64,000 bases of DNA, taken from the NCBI RefSeq assembly GCF_006345805.1, contig NC_043016.1, positions 30,504,001 to 30,568,000 of the forward strand, read 5' to 3'. This DNA comes from Octopus sinensis (lineage: Eukaryota). Numbering within the stretch: the stretch's first letter is position 1; every line of letters starts with the position of its first letter. Made by a program: the position numbers and the translations under genes. Below are positions 24,927-39,366 of the stretch, piece by piece. The notes under the pieces were generated by a model. That model was not told the origin of the DNA. It saw only the letters and a program-made list of their open reading frames with translations, and made no database searches.

Positions 24927-25731
24927 ATATTGTTAAATAAAATTTCATCAAAGTATTTCTCTGTCATTTATTATTTTAATACATTCCTTATCATTTTCTC
25001 TTGAATTGTACTATATATTCTATGTTTTGTAGAATAATACATTTAGGAGCTTTTTTTATGAGTGCTACTGGATTACTTGAATCCATATACTGTGACTTAA
25101 ATTTATGTGTGTTTACGCGCGTGTATATGTATGTATATGCTTAATTATATATATATATATATGTATGTGCGTAGACGTAGGTGTATGAACGTGTTTGTTA
25201 CTCTCTCCTTGACATCGCATGATAGTTGCATGCAAATCTCACCATCACGCAAGTAGTGTCCTTCGTTTCCAGTCTTGTATGAATATTTGTTTGGTCCTCG
25301 AAAAAAAACAAAAAAAAACTACCTTACTGGGAAACAGGTGAGAGTTGGCAACAGGAAGGGCATCTGGCCCTAGAAAATTTAACCCTAACAAATCCCATCT
25401 GGACCATGCAAGCATGCAAAAGTGGACGCTATAACGATGATGATGATATATCGATAGATCTACGCGTGTATATAATGTAACTTAGAGGTATGTGTGTGTG
25501 TGAGCATTGACACACAACGTTTAGCAACACAAATCAATAATATATATATATATATATACACACATAAACATATATACACACACAAACACATATATATATA
25601 TATATATAAACATATATACATACATACATATATATATAAACATATATACATATACATACATACACATATATCTATATATATACATACATACACATATATC
25701 TATATATACATACATATATATGCATACATAC

Positions 25732-25762
<31 letters not shown>

Positions 25763-26317
25763 CACACATTTATTATATAGCATATATTGATATAGCTAAG
25801 TAAATGTATATATGTGTGGCAGTCCGTATGTTTACGTAAACACGGTCATTGAAACACCTAATCTTTGTATGTATGCCATTACTAATCTGGGGATGAGCCA
25901 ACGTTTACTTCCTCAGTCGACCTAGCAGGAATAACAAACAAATTTTATTAAATCACACCTCAAACCATATTTATAAAAAAGCAAAACGGGAAAAAAAAAA
26001 AAAAACCCAATATAGATAATGGACAAAGTCCACCATAAGAAGAAAAGAAAGATGGGATGGTCACTGCTGGAATGTCTGTGATCATTCGTGTCTGGATTGC
26101 TCAATTACAATTGACCTCGGGCTGAACAGCAACTAATCTGGCCAGCCAGTCTGTATGGTGTAATTATAATTACAAGATATAAATATTCATGACACTCATT
26201 GTCATATGACTTTGGGACTACTTTAGTTTTTCAGTTGTTGTTAGAAACATTCAATGACGTACTATTTCTTCTCCTCCTCTCTCTCTCGTTCTCATTCCCT
26301 CCCTTGTTCTCTCTTTA

Positions 26318-26354
<37 letters not shown>

Positions 26355-26459
26355 TAAGTCTGTCTGCCTCCCCCTCTCTTACTATATTACATTTATCTTG
26401 CTTGAACTCATTGAAATAAAACGTCCTCCTTTTTTTCTGTCTGTCTGTCTGTCCTTCTC

Positions 26460-26562
<103 letters not shown>

Positions 26563-27079
26563 GTATATATGTATGTAAATATTTATGAAATAAATAAACA
26601 CACATATTCGTGCGGATGTATTAAATATCTAAAATGTGTGAGCCTTATATAATTAAACTGATGATATATATATATATATATACACACATATATATATATA
26701 TGTGTATGTGTGTGTGTGTGTGTGCGTGCGTGTAATGTATGTATAATTATATATATGCGTGTGTGAGCGTGTGTGTGTGTGTGTTTGTGTCTGTATGCGC
26801 GCAAAATGTAAATAAAAACACGAAAGTAGGTATTAGTAATTAAATTAGATGAATATAGTCTCACATTGAAATTAAAAGAAAACAAGCATAAACCCCCCCC
26901 CCCAAAAAAAAAAAAACAAATGGACAAGAACTACAAAAACAATAATATCAACATTCATAATACAGTGCTTCACCGAAACTATATTGCTCATAATTATTAA
27001 CATACATTATATCATTATTTGATTTTGTTGTTATTATCATATATTATTTTATTATCATATTTTATTTGCTAACGATATA

Positions 27080-27181
27080 TATTATTATATATATTATATT
27101 ATTATATTTATTGTAATTATTATATCATATTAAATTTTGTTATTACCATATAGTGCATTATTATTATATCATTATTATTAT

Positions 27182-27219
<38 letters not shown>

Positions 27220-27668
27220 TTATGATTATTATACTTTGTTAATGTTACTATATATTATGTATTTATTATTATATATATTATATTATTATATTATTATATT
27301 ATTATATTTATTGTAATTATTATATATTAAATTTTGTTATTACCATGTAGTGCATTATTATTATTATTATTATTACTATTACTACTATTATGATTATTAT
27401 ACTTTGTTAATGTTACTATATATTATGTATTTATTATTATTATATTTATATTATTATATTTATTGTAATTATTATATATTAAATTTTGTTATTACCATAT
27501 AGTGTATTATTATTATTATTATTATTATTATCATTATTACTATTACTACTATTATGATTATTATACTTTGTTAATGTTACTATATATTATGTATTTATTA
27601 ATATATATATATTATATTATTATATTTATTGTAATTATTATATTTAAATTTTGTTATTACCATATAGT

Positions 27669-27699
<31 letters not shown>

Positions 27700-27775
27700 C
27701 ATTATTACTATTACTACTATTATGATTATTATACTTTGTTAATGTTACTATATATTATGTATTATTATTATATAT
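27080..27775. repeat. AT-rich minisatellite (~150-200 bp units with variable (TAT)n)
   Basis: AAATTTTGTTATTACCAT recurs at ~27132, 27329, 27481 and 27646. Confidence 0.85.
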
Positions 27776-27820
27776 CATATTCTTTTTATATTGTTGTTGA
27801 TGCAGAAAAAAGAAAAGCAA

Positions 27821-28005
27821 GGGGCGGTAGAGGCGGTGAAGGAGGGAGGAGGGGGGAACAGAGTGCAGGCGTTCTTTGTTTCGGCGTATGAATACAATGT
27901 TTACAGCCTCTTGATAACAGGAGCGAATAGAGCGAAGAAGCCTCATTTATTGGATAGCCATCTTTGTTGATAAGTCTGTCGTTGTTTTTCTAGTGAATGT
28001 CTTAA
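27821..28005 (+). promoter_or_regulatory. Putative GABARAP proximal promoter/5'UTR
   Basis: Locally GC-richer island with GC box GGGGCGG (27821), forkhead-like TGTTTAC (27898-27904), ATTGG (27949) and YY1-like GCCATCTT (27957), directly upstream of the ATG. Confidence 0.5.
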
Positions 28006-28113
<108 letters not shown>

Positions 28114-29119
28114 TGAATATTTTTTAATTTTGTTCCAAGTTGTTGTTGTTGTTGTTGTTGTTATTTTTTCCTTCTTTTTCTTTCTTTCTTTCTTCTTCCT
28201 CCTTTATTTGTGCTTTAAACGTTGTTGTTGTTAGTCCTGCTCCCCCCCTCCTTCCTTTGATGCCAACGAAGAACTTTGTAAATCCAGACATTCGTTTAAT
28301 CCGTGGATATCTTTGTATTATTATTAGGAGTTTTTTTCTCCCCCCCCCTTATGTGTAATAATGCCTAATTACATTAATTTGACGAAATTAGTTAATTTAC
28401 TTAACGGTGTTATAATATTACTCGATATATATGTCCTTCCTTTCTCCATTGTATTATTATTATTATTATGAGTGTGACTTGGCTATTATTTCTAACAACT
28501 GGAGTGATCGACTAGAGCCAAGGTTTTTCCTAGTATCGTTTAATGACTCTTTTAAGTATTTTAAAGCATTTATATAACAATAATAACCGAGATGGGAAGG
28601 AAGACAAAAACGGCTTCTAATTTATTTATAAATTAACTTTAATATATCTATATATAATATATATATAATATATATATATATATATCTATCTATCTATAAA
28701 TATATATTAAAGAACATATATATATATATCTTAAATATATATTAAAGAAACATATACATATTTATATATCTTAAATATATATATAAAAAGAAACTATATA
28801 TATCTTAAATATATAAAGAAACACATATATATATATAAAGAAACATATCTATATATCTATATATAAATATATATAAAGATATATTATATATATATTCTTC
28901 CTCTCTTGCTTATTGTAATGGCTGGTTTTTTGTTGGGGAAAAACACACTCAGAAGCGGATTTTTTTTTTTTTTTTTCTTTTTTTGTGTTAAAATATTTAA
29001 AAAAAAAAAAAAAAGAATTTTTCATTTTAAAATGTCCACCAAATGAGGTTATTAATTAATTACACAACGGCAGTAAACTAAGGTTTGGGTTGTTAGTTTG
29101 TCCAGTTTCAATCGACACA

Positions 29120-29175
<56 letters not shown>

Positions 29176-29215
29176 ATATAAAATGTATTATCAATTAAAC
29201 GTTATAGCCAAGAAT

Positions 29216-29273
<58 letters not shown>

Positions 29274-29393
29274 GTGTGTGGTGTGTGTGTATTCTTTGGC
29301 TATAACGTTAATTGATAACAATTTTTTGTGTGCGTGTATATATATATATATATGTGTATGTATGTATGTGTAATGTATGTATATATGTGTGTG

Positions 29394-29438
<45 letters not shown>

Positions 29439-32239
29439 CACTTATCTATGACATAATTGAATTATAAGTATGCGTATGTGTGTAAATTGCATGTATGTAT
29501 ATTTATACATGTAGTTATATGTATAGGTATATAATCACACACCTGCGTATTTAGTTAAGCAATTTATTTAACCAAAGCTTTCAGTCGACTCCAGCTCTGA
29601 TTGAGGAAATGGGTAGAAGGAAAACAGTAAAAATGGTGGCAGAGTGTCAGAATAGACCTATATATAAGCTCTTCATGCAAATAAATGTCCAGCTCTGAAT
29701 TCTGTCTCCGGAATACTCAGCTACCTATCTACCTATATCACTATGCTTATGCGACCAAGCCGAGTGCTTAAGATCTTATTTTTCCTATCACGGGATTCCT
29801 GGTTCGGTCTCACTTTAGCATCTTGAGGGAAATGTCATTTTATTTCATTTTTTTAAAATTTACCCTCAGATCGACGACCCAAGATCTCGTATATGAAACT
29901 TAAGTTGCTGAAAACTTGGTGGTAGTCAATTGGTTGAGCCAGGATTGGTGCGAGGTGTGTACGGAATACTCAGTTTACAATGAGCCGATGATTCATTTCA
30001 TTGAATAAATGATATGATACTCGTCATGGAAAATAACATTATATTGCTTTTTTTTTTTTTTTTTTTTTTTTTCCATAATAAGCTATATATTTTAAATCCG
30101 ATGTGGGGGACTCAGTTCAGGTAGTTAAACCAAAAAGGTGTCGTCTGTACCTGTGTGTGTTAGAGGGATCGGATAATCCTTTGGATAGTTTCTATTGTTG
30201 CCTGGAAGATCGCATGAATTGAAAAACCTCTGAGTGAATCAGCAGCTTTGTGTGTGTGTGTGTGTGTGAAAACTCACAACACACACACACACACACACAT
30301 ATCTGTTGTGTTTTAAATAGTCTTTCATTTATTTTACTTTTCCTGATTAAGAATCTTTTGACAAATGAAATAATTTTGGAGTGGCTTTCTGCTTTCCAAT
30401 TATTCAAATTGCCTATCAATCAATTCCTACTACTGTTTAGACATCAATCTAATGCGTGAAATATATATATATAGTCTGTGTGTATACACACGTATCTATG
30501 TGTGTGTGTGTTCACGCACACGTATACGTGAATATGTTGGTTCATTCTGTCATTACTCCGAGTTTTTAGCTTTTGTGCATTACTTCTTCTAACATAGTGT
30601 GTATATTCTTTCATTCGATACAGATGATGCTCTCAAGTGGTTGGTATCTATTTAAAATGGTGAAATTGATTTCATTTTCCCAAAGGATGCCACTAGACGC
30701 TATCATTGCGCGCGCTATTAGAAATTTTATGATGTGTCTGTAAAACTCTCATACTGAGAGAGAGATTTTATGTACAAAAAAAATTATAAAAATGGCATTA
30801 ATTTGGGGGAAGAGATGCTGCGTAATAATTTCTATCAGCAGGCAAACTTGTTTATTATATTATCTATCACTTATGTCCTTTAAACAGAATGTAGAAAAAT
30901 AATAATAATAAATAAGGCCAAGGTTAAAGTGTTTTCGTCTGAAATTGTAATTAACATCCATTTGAACCTGCTTTGATTTTCCCCAGTAACAGATTTGATT
31001 TCTAAGTAGATTAAAATATCTGCATTATATTACTTAGATTGCTAGTTTTCTTGCATATGAGGGCACTAGTGGGTTTTTTTTCTTCTTTCTTTTAAATCTC
31101 TCCCACCCTCTCTCTCTCATCCACCTGTCTCTTTCTTTCTCTCATTGACAGTCTGTCTATTGCAACTGTACTTAACTACGCACACACATAAGTAAATTTC
31201 TGGTTTCTATAACTATCACCATTTTAACTCGTCAGTGTTAATAAATATGTTTATTTATCATTGATTTTATATAACCATACCCTATTTTTAATGGTCTTCC
31301 TTGTTAAGCAAATAAATTACATGACAGGTTCTCTCTTCCACCTTTTTTTTCATTTTGTTAAAAATGGAAATGTATATACATCAATGTTTCTTTTATTTGT
31401 AGAACAAGTGTAAATTAATTTAATTTAAAATATAATTGATCTGTATTGTTTTACCTCAATATGTAACCACGAAAGAGAATTAGAGAAAGGAAAAAAAAAG
31501 CGAAGGACTTCTTTGTTCCTCGCAATTATGATTAATATAGCTTCTTTGCCTATTTAAAAAAAAACCTATAGTGTTTTTCTTTTATTTTAGCCAAGGTGGG
31601 TTTGGTACAGCTCAGTCTCTGGCCATATTTATTTTACGACCAGTTTATTCTTTTAAATAATAAACACAACCTAGAATTATGACATAAGGAAGTGGCTTTT
31701 GTGTTGCTAACAATAACAATGTTATTCTAAATTACTTGTTGAATAATTCCCTTCAGTAAGCTTGTCTTTAGATTTATTTATTTTATTATTATTATTATTA
31801 TTATTATTCTCATCCATTTTCTAGTCTCTGACCGAATTTGAATTATTTACTTCGTTCATTCGACCCGAGTAGCCAAGATTTATGAATCTGTTTATTCTAA
31901 GATATGACGAAATACTCCCCCTCTCTCTCTCATTCACTCTCTCTCCCTCCTCACGCTCTCTTACCTCACACTTCTCTCCTCCTCCTCCTCTCTCAATTCT
32001 TCTGTCATTCTAGTTTTATAAAAATACATAATTCTAGATGTTTGTATTCTATCAGTGAAACCAAACCGTGCTATTTTATTGATTGCATTTTTGGAAGTGT
32101 GTCACCTCATAGGTTATTATTTTTATTATTATTAAAAACCAGAATTATTATTATTATTATACATCGATTTTACGTGGCTCATTTACTGCTGCCAGTTTTT
32201 ATAAGATTAATTTATTCACTATAAAATCTCATGGCATCA

Positions 32240-32477
32240 GTCTGTTGCTACTCCATTTAATAATTGTTGAATTATATTTGTATAGAGTGCGGCCATGCTT
32301 GGGCACCGTCGCGTAGAGTTTAGTCGAACAAATCGACCCCAGTACTTGTTATTAAGTCTGCCATTTATTCTGTCGGTCTCTTTTGTTGAATTGCTAAATT
32401 ACAAGGATGTAAACAAACCAGCACTTGTCAAGTTATAGTGGGGGAGGGGGGTTACTAGTACCCCCCCCACTAGTATA

Positions 32478-32515
<38 letters not shown>

Positions 32516-32665
32516 CGACAGGCTTGGTTCTGTTCCGTCTGTCAAATCTACTCTAGGCTTTAACTTGGGGCTATAGACGACGCTTACCTAAGGTGCTATG
32601 TAGTGGGACTGAACCTGAAACCATGTGATTGGGAAGCAAGTGTCTTATCAACACAGCCATGCCTC
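32240..32665 (-). mobile_element. Degraded SINE, family 1, antisense in GABARAP intron 1
   Basis: Reverse complement of the family core (GCGGCCATGC..., GTGGGACTGAACC..., CACAGCCAT). Confidence 0.7.
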
Positions 32666-33168
32666 TCTCTCTGTGTGAATGAATGATAAGAACCTCTGAC
32701 ATATATACCAAACAATATCTGCTTCCTAGATAATTTATTTTCGGCAAACGATTGTTAAATCTCTTATCAAGTTTGTTTTCATATAATTAAAACTGATGAC
32801 TGACAACCTTGCACATATTTTGGTTTTGTCAGAAGGAAAGGGAAAATGTACACATTTTTTCATCTGGAAGAATTAACGGATTATATCCAAGAATTAGGAA
32901 TTTAGTACAACCTAATCAAAATATACATCTTAGTGATATTGCTAATGATAAAAAAATTTTATGTAAATAGTTTCGACTTCTCTAGCAATTATCTAATTTC
33001 GTAGTGTAAACATTGAAGGTAAGTTGAGTGGTAGAAAAAAGTCTTGATGTTCATATTTTTGGTTTAATCCTTCTACGTCGCGAGTTCAAATTATGCTTGA
33101 TATAGTTGATATTGCCTCTCATCCGACATCGTTGAAATATTTGAAGTCGTCGACTGGAATCCATTTAA

Positions 33169-33420
<252 letters not shown>

Positions 33421-33743
33421 TGATTTTACTGGGGTTTAAAAAAAAAAAAATTTTTTTTTATAGATTCCTCAAGTAATTTTCTTCTTATAATTATATCTTT
33501 AAACGCTTTAGTGTCTGAAATGTGGGAGTGATAAGTTAAACATATTTCGATGTTTTCTAAATGGTTATAATTTTTCAAGGAAAAATTTGAATTCTTTTTA
33601 AGCCAATTTGGAATATTTCTTGAAATAAAAGACATTGCGTTATGAATGTATTATAGATTCTGCGATTTAATTTAAGGTTTAAGACTATTAATGTTTTTTT
33701 CCCCTTTTCTTTTTAACATTTGCTTTTGTTTTAATTTTCACAG

Positions 33744-33809
33744 GAACACCATGAAGAAGATTTTTTCCTATATATTGCCTATAGCGATGAGAGTGTCTAT
33801 GGACAGTAA
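33744..33809 (+). CDS. GABARAP: GABARAP/ATG8 exon 3 (EHHEEDFFLYIAYSDESVYGQ*)
   Basis: TTTTCACAG acceptor; conserved lipidation Gly116 followed by a single residue for ATG4 removal; total protein 117 aa. Confidence 0.97.
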   Translation, partial: EHHEEDFFLYIAYSDESVYGQ

Positions 33810-34166
33810 TTTGAAAACTTTTTTTTTAATATTCAATGTTGTTTCTTATTTATATTATATTATCATTTTGTGAGTTGTTGGTTGCTTGAATCGCAGCTGA
33901 TATGTAAATATAAAGCTACATGTGATAGTAACTCAACTATCACACTCAATCATTATCAGTGTAAGTGGAATCTGTTATGAATAAACTACAACTGACAACT
34001 CCATCATTGGTTGCTCCTTTTATCACTAACATTGCAGTTCTATGAAATAATGCTTGCTTTTTGCTTTATCGTTAAGGAATTCTTCTTGCAAGAAATAGTT
34101 ATAAGTTTTTATCTACTTTAAAACGGAAACAAACACCCACTGAATGTTAGCTTGTTACTACATTGC

Positions 34167-34172
34167 AATAAA
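34167..34172 (+). terminator. Candidate polyadenylation signal of GABARAP
   Basis: AATAAA followed by a GT/T-rich downstream stretch; an alternative AATAAA lies at 33980-33985. Confidence 0.45.
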
Positions 34173-34467
34173 TGGATATTAAGATGGTTTTGTCATGTGC
34201 TGAGTTTCTTTTCACCGTTTCTCTTATCATACTATTAAAAAAAAAAAAAAAACGGAATGCAGTTTGAGCAAAGACAAATTGTTTTTAGCACTGTATTTGT
34301 TTATATTTTATAAATATCTAGATTTCTACTTCATTATTGTCATCTTCAAAAAAAAAAGGGGTTCTGTATTAGAACTGTTCAAATGAGATATTTGGAACCA
34401 CTGAAGAGGTTTTTATTTATTTTTTTTCTTATGATAGGGCTTGTAGAGAAGCCTGGCCAAGATTTAA

Positions 34468-34680
34468 CCCTTTAGTATATAAACCAATCGTGTCTGGCCC
34501 AAATAGTCTACCTTTTTTATGTTTAGACTGACCAAATGTGACCTCCCACATCTACCCTGCAATGTTGTAAAAATAAAGTCGTCATCAATATCTCAAAGCT
34601 ACGAGCTAATAATGTATTACTAATTCAGAACAGTGCAAACAAGCACTACATTTGGACCGAATAATCTGAATGCTAAAGGG
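34468..34680. mobile_element. piggyBac-type MITE
   Basis: TTAA|CCCTTTAGTA ... TGCTAAAGGG|TTTAA; related decayed copies near 46400-46620 and 60500-60703. Confidence 0.6.
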
Positions 34681-36791
34681 TTTAAGCAACAGTAGTCGTA
34701 ATTAGAAAACCCCCCTAACAACTTCAGTAAAGTGGTTTTACTCCACTTAGTAGGAACAGTGAAAATAATGGGTGCAGAAATGCTAGCAGATGTGTAAACT
34801 GATAAGGAGTAGCCAGGCATTTGGTATGCCTGCACCTGGATATACCATATTGGTTTGGTTAACAATACGTGCTACATTAAAGTGGCTTTGCAATTAGTAA
34901 CGTTATGTCTGTAAGATGGCAGCAGGAAGTTTAGAGAACTTTTATCTCTGTTGGTAGCAGTTTTCTAGCAGCGGCATGTTATTGGTACTCTGTAGAGAAT
35001 TTAGTGCTTATTTTACATGACAATTGGTGAAACAATGGTTCTAGTTTTCTAATGACCAATCACCTATTCTCTATATTTGTGATGGTGAGAAGGATCAGGT
35101 ACTATTTTGATATCAAGTTGAACAAATATTTATTGCAATAGTATTTCTATCCAAGAACACTTTTTTCAATTTGCTGGTGTACATCAGCAAAACTATACAT
35201 GCACACATATGTTTAGAAAGGGCTTCTTCAGTTTATTTTCTGCTAAATTTCACTCACCTGCTGTTGATCAACGTGAGCTTACAGTAGAAAACCCTTGTCC
35301 TAGCTGTCCTCCAGTAAGATCAAGTACAGGACCACATGGTTGCAGCATGAACTTAATCACATGACCATGTCTGCACTATATAACCGATACAGAATACAGC
35401 ACTAGAAATACTACTGGGCATTTAATGTGAACAGGTGTTGCACTCTGGGTGGAAAATGTATAAAAGGACCTTTTTTTTTTTTTAATTGATGGAAGATGCT
35501 ATCTCTAGAATTAGACTTAGTATACAAGTTAGAGTGGATTTCACAAATATGACAATAACTTTACATGGCAAGATATGGTAGTCTGTATCTTGTCAAATTC
35601 CATAATAGAAAACAGATGATGATCATAAGGTCCACATAACTCTTAACCAAAAAAAGCATCATGTCTATTTCTCAAACTGATTTCCTTTGTAAATATATCT
35701 CTATTACAATGTATAAATGACATTCCTCCTTTCCCCCAACCTTTTGTTTTTTTACTTTTTTTTTTTTTTGTTTTTACTTTTTACCATCATTCAAAAACTT
35801 AAGCGGTTTTTCTAACACAAAGTTTTTGTAGATGTGGGATGGCAAATATTTTGTTTTATGTTGGGTGTCTTATTTTTTAAACTTTTGAATATAGAACTGT
35901 TACTAATTAATCTCATTATCAGCGGCGTTTAACAATCTGTTACAGACAGCATTGGAATTTATGAGCAAAAAAGAACAATAGGTGGAGATTAGATTTACAT
36001 CATCAGTTAGCTTTAAATGATGTAGTGTCTAATTTGATGACCTAGCATTATTACTGCTAGAGTAATGGAGAGTATCAAAGATGATACCTTGGAAGTTTAC
36101 AAATTCCACTACAGTTTAATTTTACTGTTTTAAACTGATATAAATAATATATTGTGTTGAATTTTTATTGTCAGCATAAAATTGAACACTTACCAATTTA
36201 ACCTATGACAAATAATAAATACACTTCAGTGAATGTGATTAGTTATTAACATCCTGTCAGGATGTCTGCTTATCTTTCAATTTTCTGGTGTTAATAAAAT
36301 ATGTGCCAGTTGTCATAGTAATATGTTGTTAGTCTGTGAATTTCACTAGGTCCTTGCCCTTCAGGTCTGACTAACATCCAAAACGGATATCCAATATTTT
36401 CGTATTTGACTGTGGCAAAGAACACAGTAAATTCTTAACGAGTCAGTTCACTTGCATAGAATATCTTCTTGGAAAGGCATGGAAGCTGATATGTATTTCA
36501 CCTACAATTATGTGACCCGTCAAAAAAAAATCATGACAGTGTTTTAACAAATTTTTTATGAAGTTAACTGGTGTTATATAGGAAATTTAATATTTTCACT
36601 GTAAGGGATAATATATACATTTGTGTGTGTATTATCATCATTTAACATTCATCTTCATGCAGACATGGGTTGGACGGTTTGACAGGACCTGGCCAGACAG
36701 AAGACTACTCCCAGGCTACTGTGTCTCTCTTGGCGGGGTTTTTATGGCTGGATGCCCTTCCTAACACCAACCACTCTGCAGAGTGTATATA

Positions 36792-37012
36792 CAGAGTTTG
36801 CCAAAAGTCACCTGACAGTAAAAACTATTTAATTCCAAGATTTACTTGTTTAACAATTGAATGAATTTATTAAAAGCATCTAAATATGAAACATGAAAAT
36901 TGTTCAAACTGAAGTCCTTCTTGAGTGACGCATTTTTCCATTTGACTCAATACAGAATTACAGATATTTATGGAATTATGATTTACTGCTGGGTGACTTT
37001 TGGCCAACCTTG
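36792..37012. mobile_element. Tc1/mariner-type MITE
   Basis: TIRs CAGAGTTTGCCAAAAGTCACC and GGTGACTTTTGGCCAACCTTG; same family as 48651-48868. Confidence 0.75.
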
Positions 37013-38397
37013 TGTATACACACACACACACACACACACACTGAGATGCATAGGCATGGATGTGTGGTAAGAAATTTGCTTCCTGGCCACATGGTTTTGC
37101 GTCTAGTCTGATTGTGTAGCACCATGTTCAAGTGTCTTCTACTATAGCTTGCAACTGAACAAATCTTGTGAGTGGATTTGATTGACAGAAACTAAAAGAA
37201 ACCCATCAAGTGATAGTTGGCCTTTGTTTCGAATCTTACATGAAAACACGTCTGACCATCGAGTAAATATTACTTCACATGGAAACAGGATAGGGTTGGC
37301 AACTGGAAGGACATCCTACTGTAGAAAATCTGTCTCAACAAATTCCAAGTATGGAAAAGTGGACATTAAAGATGGTGATGTATCATCATACATTGGCTCT
37401 AGCTCAGATTTTGAGGGAGAATGTTGTAGTGTCAGTCAATCTTTGGATTGGACCAATCTGTTCCCAAAGGTTCTTCAAATTTCTGATAGTATCTGTTGGC
37501 CCCAGCTCCTGATAGAAGTGAGATTGTCTTTGGTGACAGGACATCTGGAATTCAGAGCATGAAGTTCTCCCTCTCCACTCAGTTCATAGTTTTTCAAGCT
37601 GCATGGCGAACCCACTTGTACTGGTAGTGTGAAAAAGAAACAAAAACCCCAGTGTGATGCTGTAAAGTGGTTGGTTTTAAGAAGATTCATCCAGCTGTAG
37701 AAATTGTGCCAAAGCATACACCAGAGCATGATGTAATCCTCAGACCCACTGGGTGCTCTCAAACTATCTTAGCCATACCAGCATGGAATTAAATGATGAT
37801 GATGGCAGAAAGCTAGAACTGATTCTGCAAGGCATCGCACCTGTTGCTCTAACAATTCTACCCATCGACTCTTCTGGACTGATACATTTGTTTTATCCAC
37901 ATCACACATCATACACCCACCTAAAAGGATAAAAGGCATATCAACATCAGCAGAATTTTGAATTCTGTGTGGAGAACAACTACAAGATTAATTTATCCAA
38001 TACTAATGACTTGGTCAATTCTGCCTCACAAAGGTTATATATTCCTGTATATGTTTATGAAATAAAAGTTGACTCTAGCAATGTTTGAACTCAGAATGAA
38101 AGGGTACAGAGTTAAATACCTTAAAAGCATTTATTTTGTCCAGTACACTATCATTTCTATATATCCTTACACAACCTGTTGTGTATAAAAATTTAGGGAA
38201 CATTTATAGTATAACACTGATGTTTCTTCTCTCTGTTCTACTGCGACTGTTACGGCTTTTTCTTGTTTAAATTTGCTGACTGCCGTCTTTTCACCCCGGC
38301 CCATCCAACCATTCTCTTGTATTCCTAGCTGAATCATCTTGATCTTACTCTAAACTTTTCCCTGCCAGTCTCTCCTTTTCAGAATTATTATCTGAAA

Positions 38398-38790
38398 CTA
38401 GCAGTATAGACCAGCATTGCTTGGGTTTGTTTTCTTTTTGACCCTTTAGAATTGGAATTTTTGAAAAGTAAAAATTTTGCATTATGTAGCTTGTTATTCT
38501 CTTTAAGTGAACATTTTTCTGGTTGAAATACACTGTGAAATGGTGACACAGCAGTCAAAAAGTTGTAAAAAATAGGGATTTTCATAGAAAAAAAGCACCT
38601 TTTTGATGTAAATAATTTTTGGTGTTAACATGGTCTGATTTGAATGAAGAGCAAGCCTTCTTCTATCATACTCTCAATTTTGGTCAACTTGCGCCACAGG
38701 GTCTCGGAGTAGATAGTGTTAGTTGAAGGCTACCAAACCTGCCACACACAGACAACTTCAGCTTTATATATATATATATATATATATAGA
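38398..38790 (-). mobile_element. Non-autonomous Helitron
   Basis: Minus strand starts TCTATATATA and ends CTAG|T; shares its body with 20009-20379. Confidence 0.8.
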
Positions 38791-39000
38791 TATACTTGTA
38801 TTTTCTTTTTCCTTTTTACCTACAAACTTTGATCTGAATTGTAGTTGCATCAGTCTCGCTAGTCTGGTGGCAATGGCAACAGAGATGGGAAGGTGGAAAG
38901 CAATACCACTATTACTCCTAGTTTTTCAAAAATTTCCGCATCACAAGTCTGTTTTTACACTTTTGAACTGCAGATATATTTTTAAAATTTGATTGTAATA

Positions 39001-39366
39001 GGTGCAGAAGTTGCTGTGTGGTAAGCAGCTTGCTTACTGACCACATGGTTCTGGGTTCAGTCCTACTGCGTGGCACCTTGGACAAGTGTCTTCTATAACC
39101 TCAGGCCAACCAAAGCCTTGTGGTTGTATTTGGTAGACGGAAACTGAAAGAAGCCTGTCATATATACAAATGTGTGTCTGTTTGTCCCCCCCCCTCCACT
39201 ATCGCTTAGCAACTGATATTTGTGTGTTTACATCCCCATAACTTAACGGTTCAGCAAAAGTGACTGATAAAATAAATCCTAGGCTTACAAAGAATAAGTC
39301 CTGGCGTCAGTTTGTTCGATTAAAAAGCAGTGCTCCAGCATGGCTGAAACAAGTAAGCGGTAAAAG
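39001..39366 (+). mobile_element. tRNA-derived SINE, family 1
   Basis: Head with GGTTCAGTCC B-box-like motif, plus family core. Confidence 0.85.

Noticed and set aside
33691-33873. 60-aa ORF over GABARAP exon 3
   Set aside because: Wrong frame; the true exon is 33744-33809
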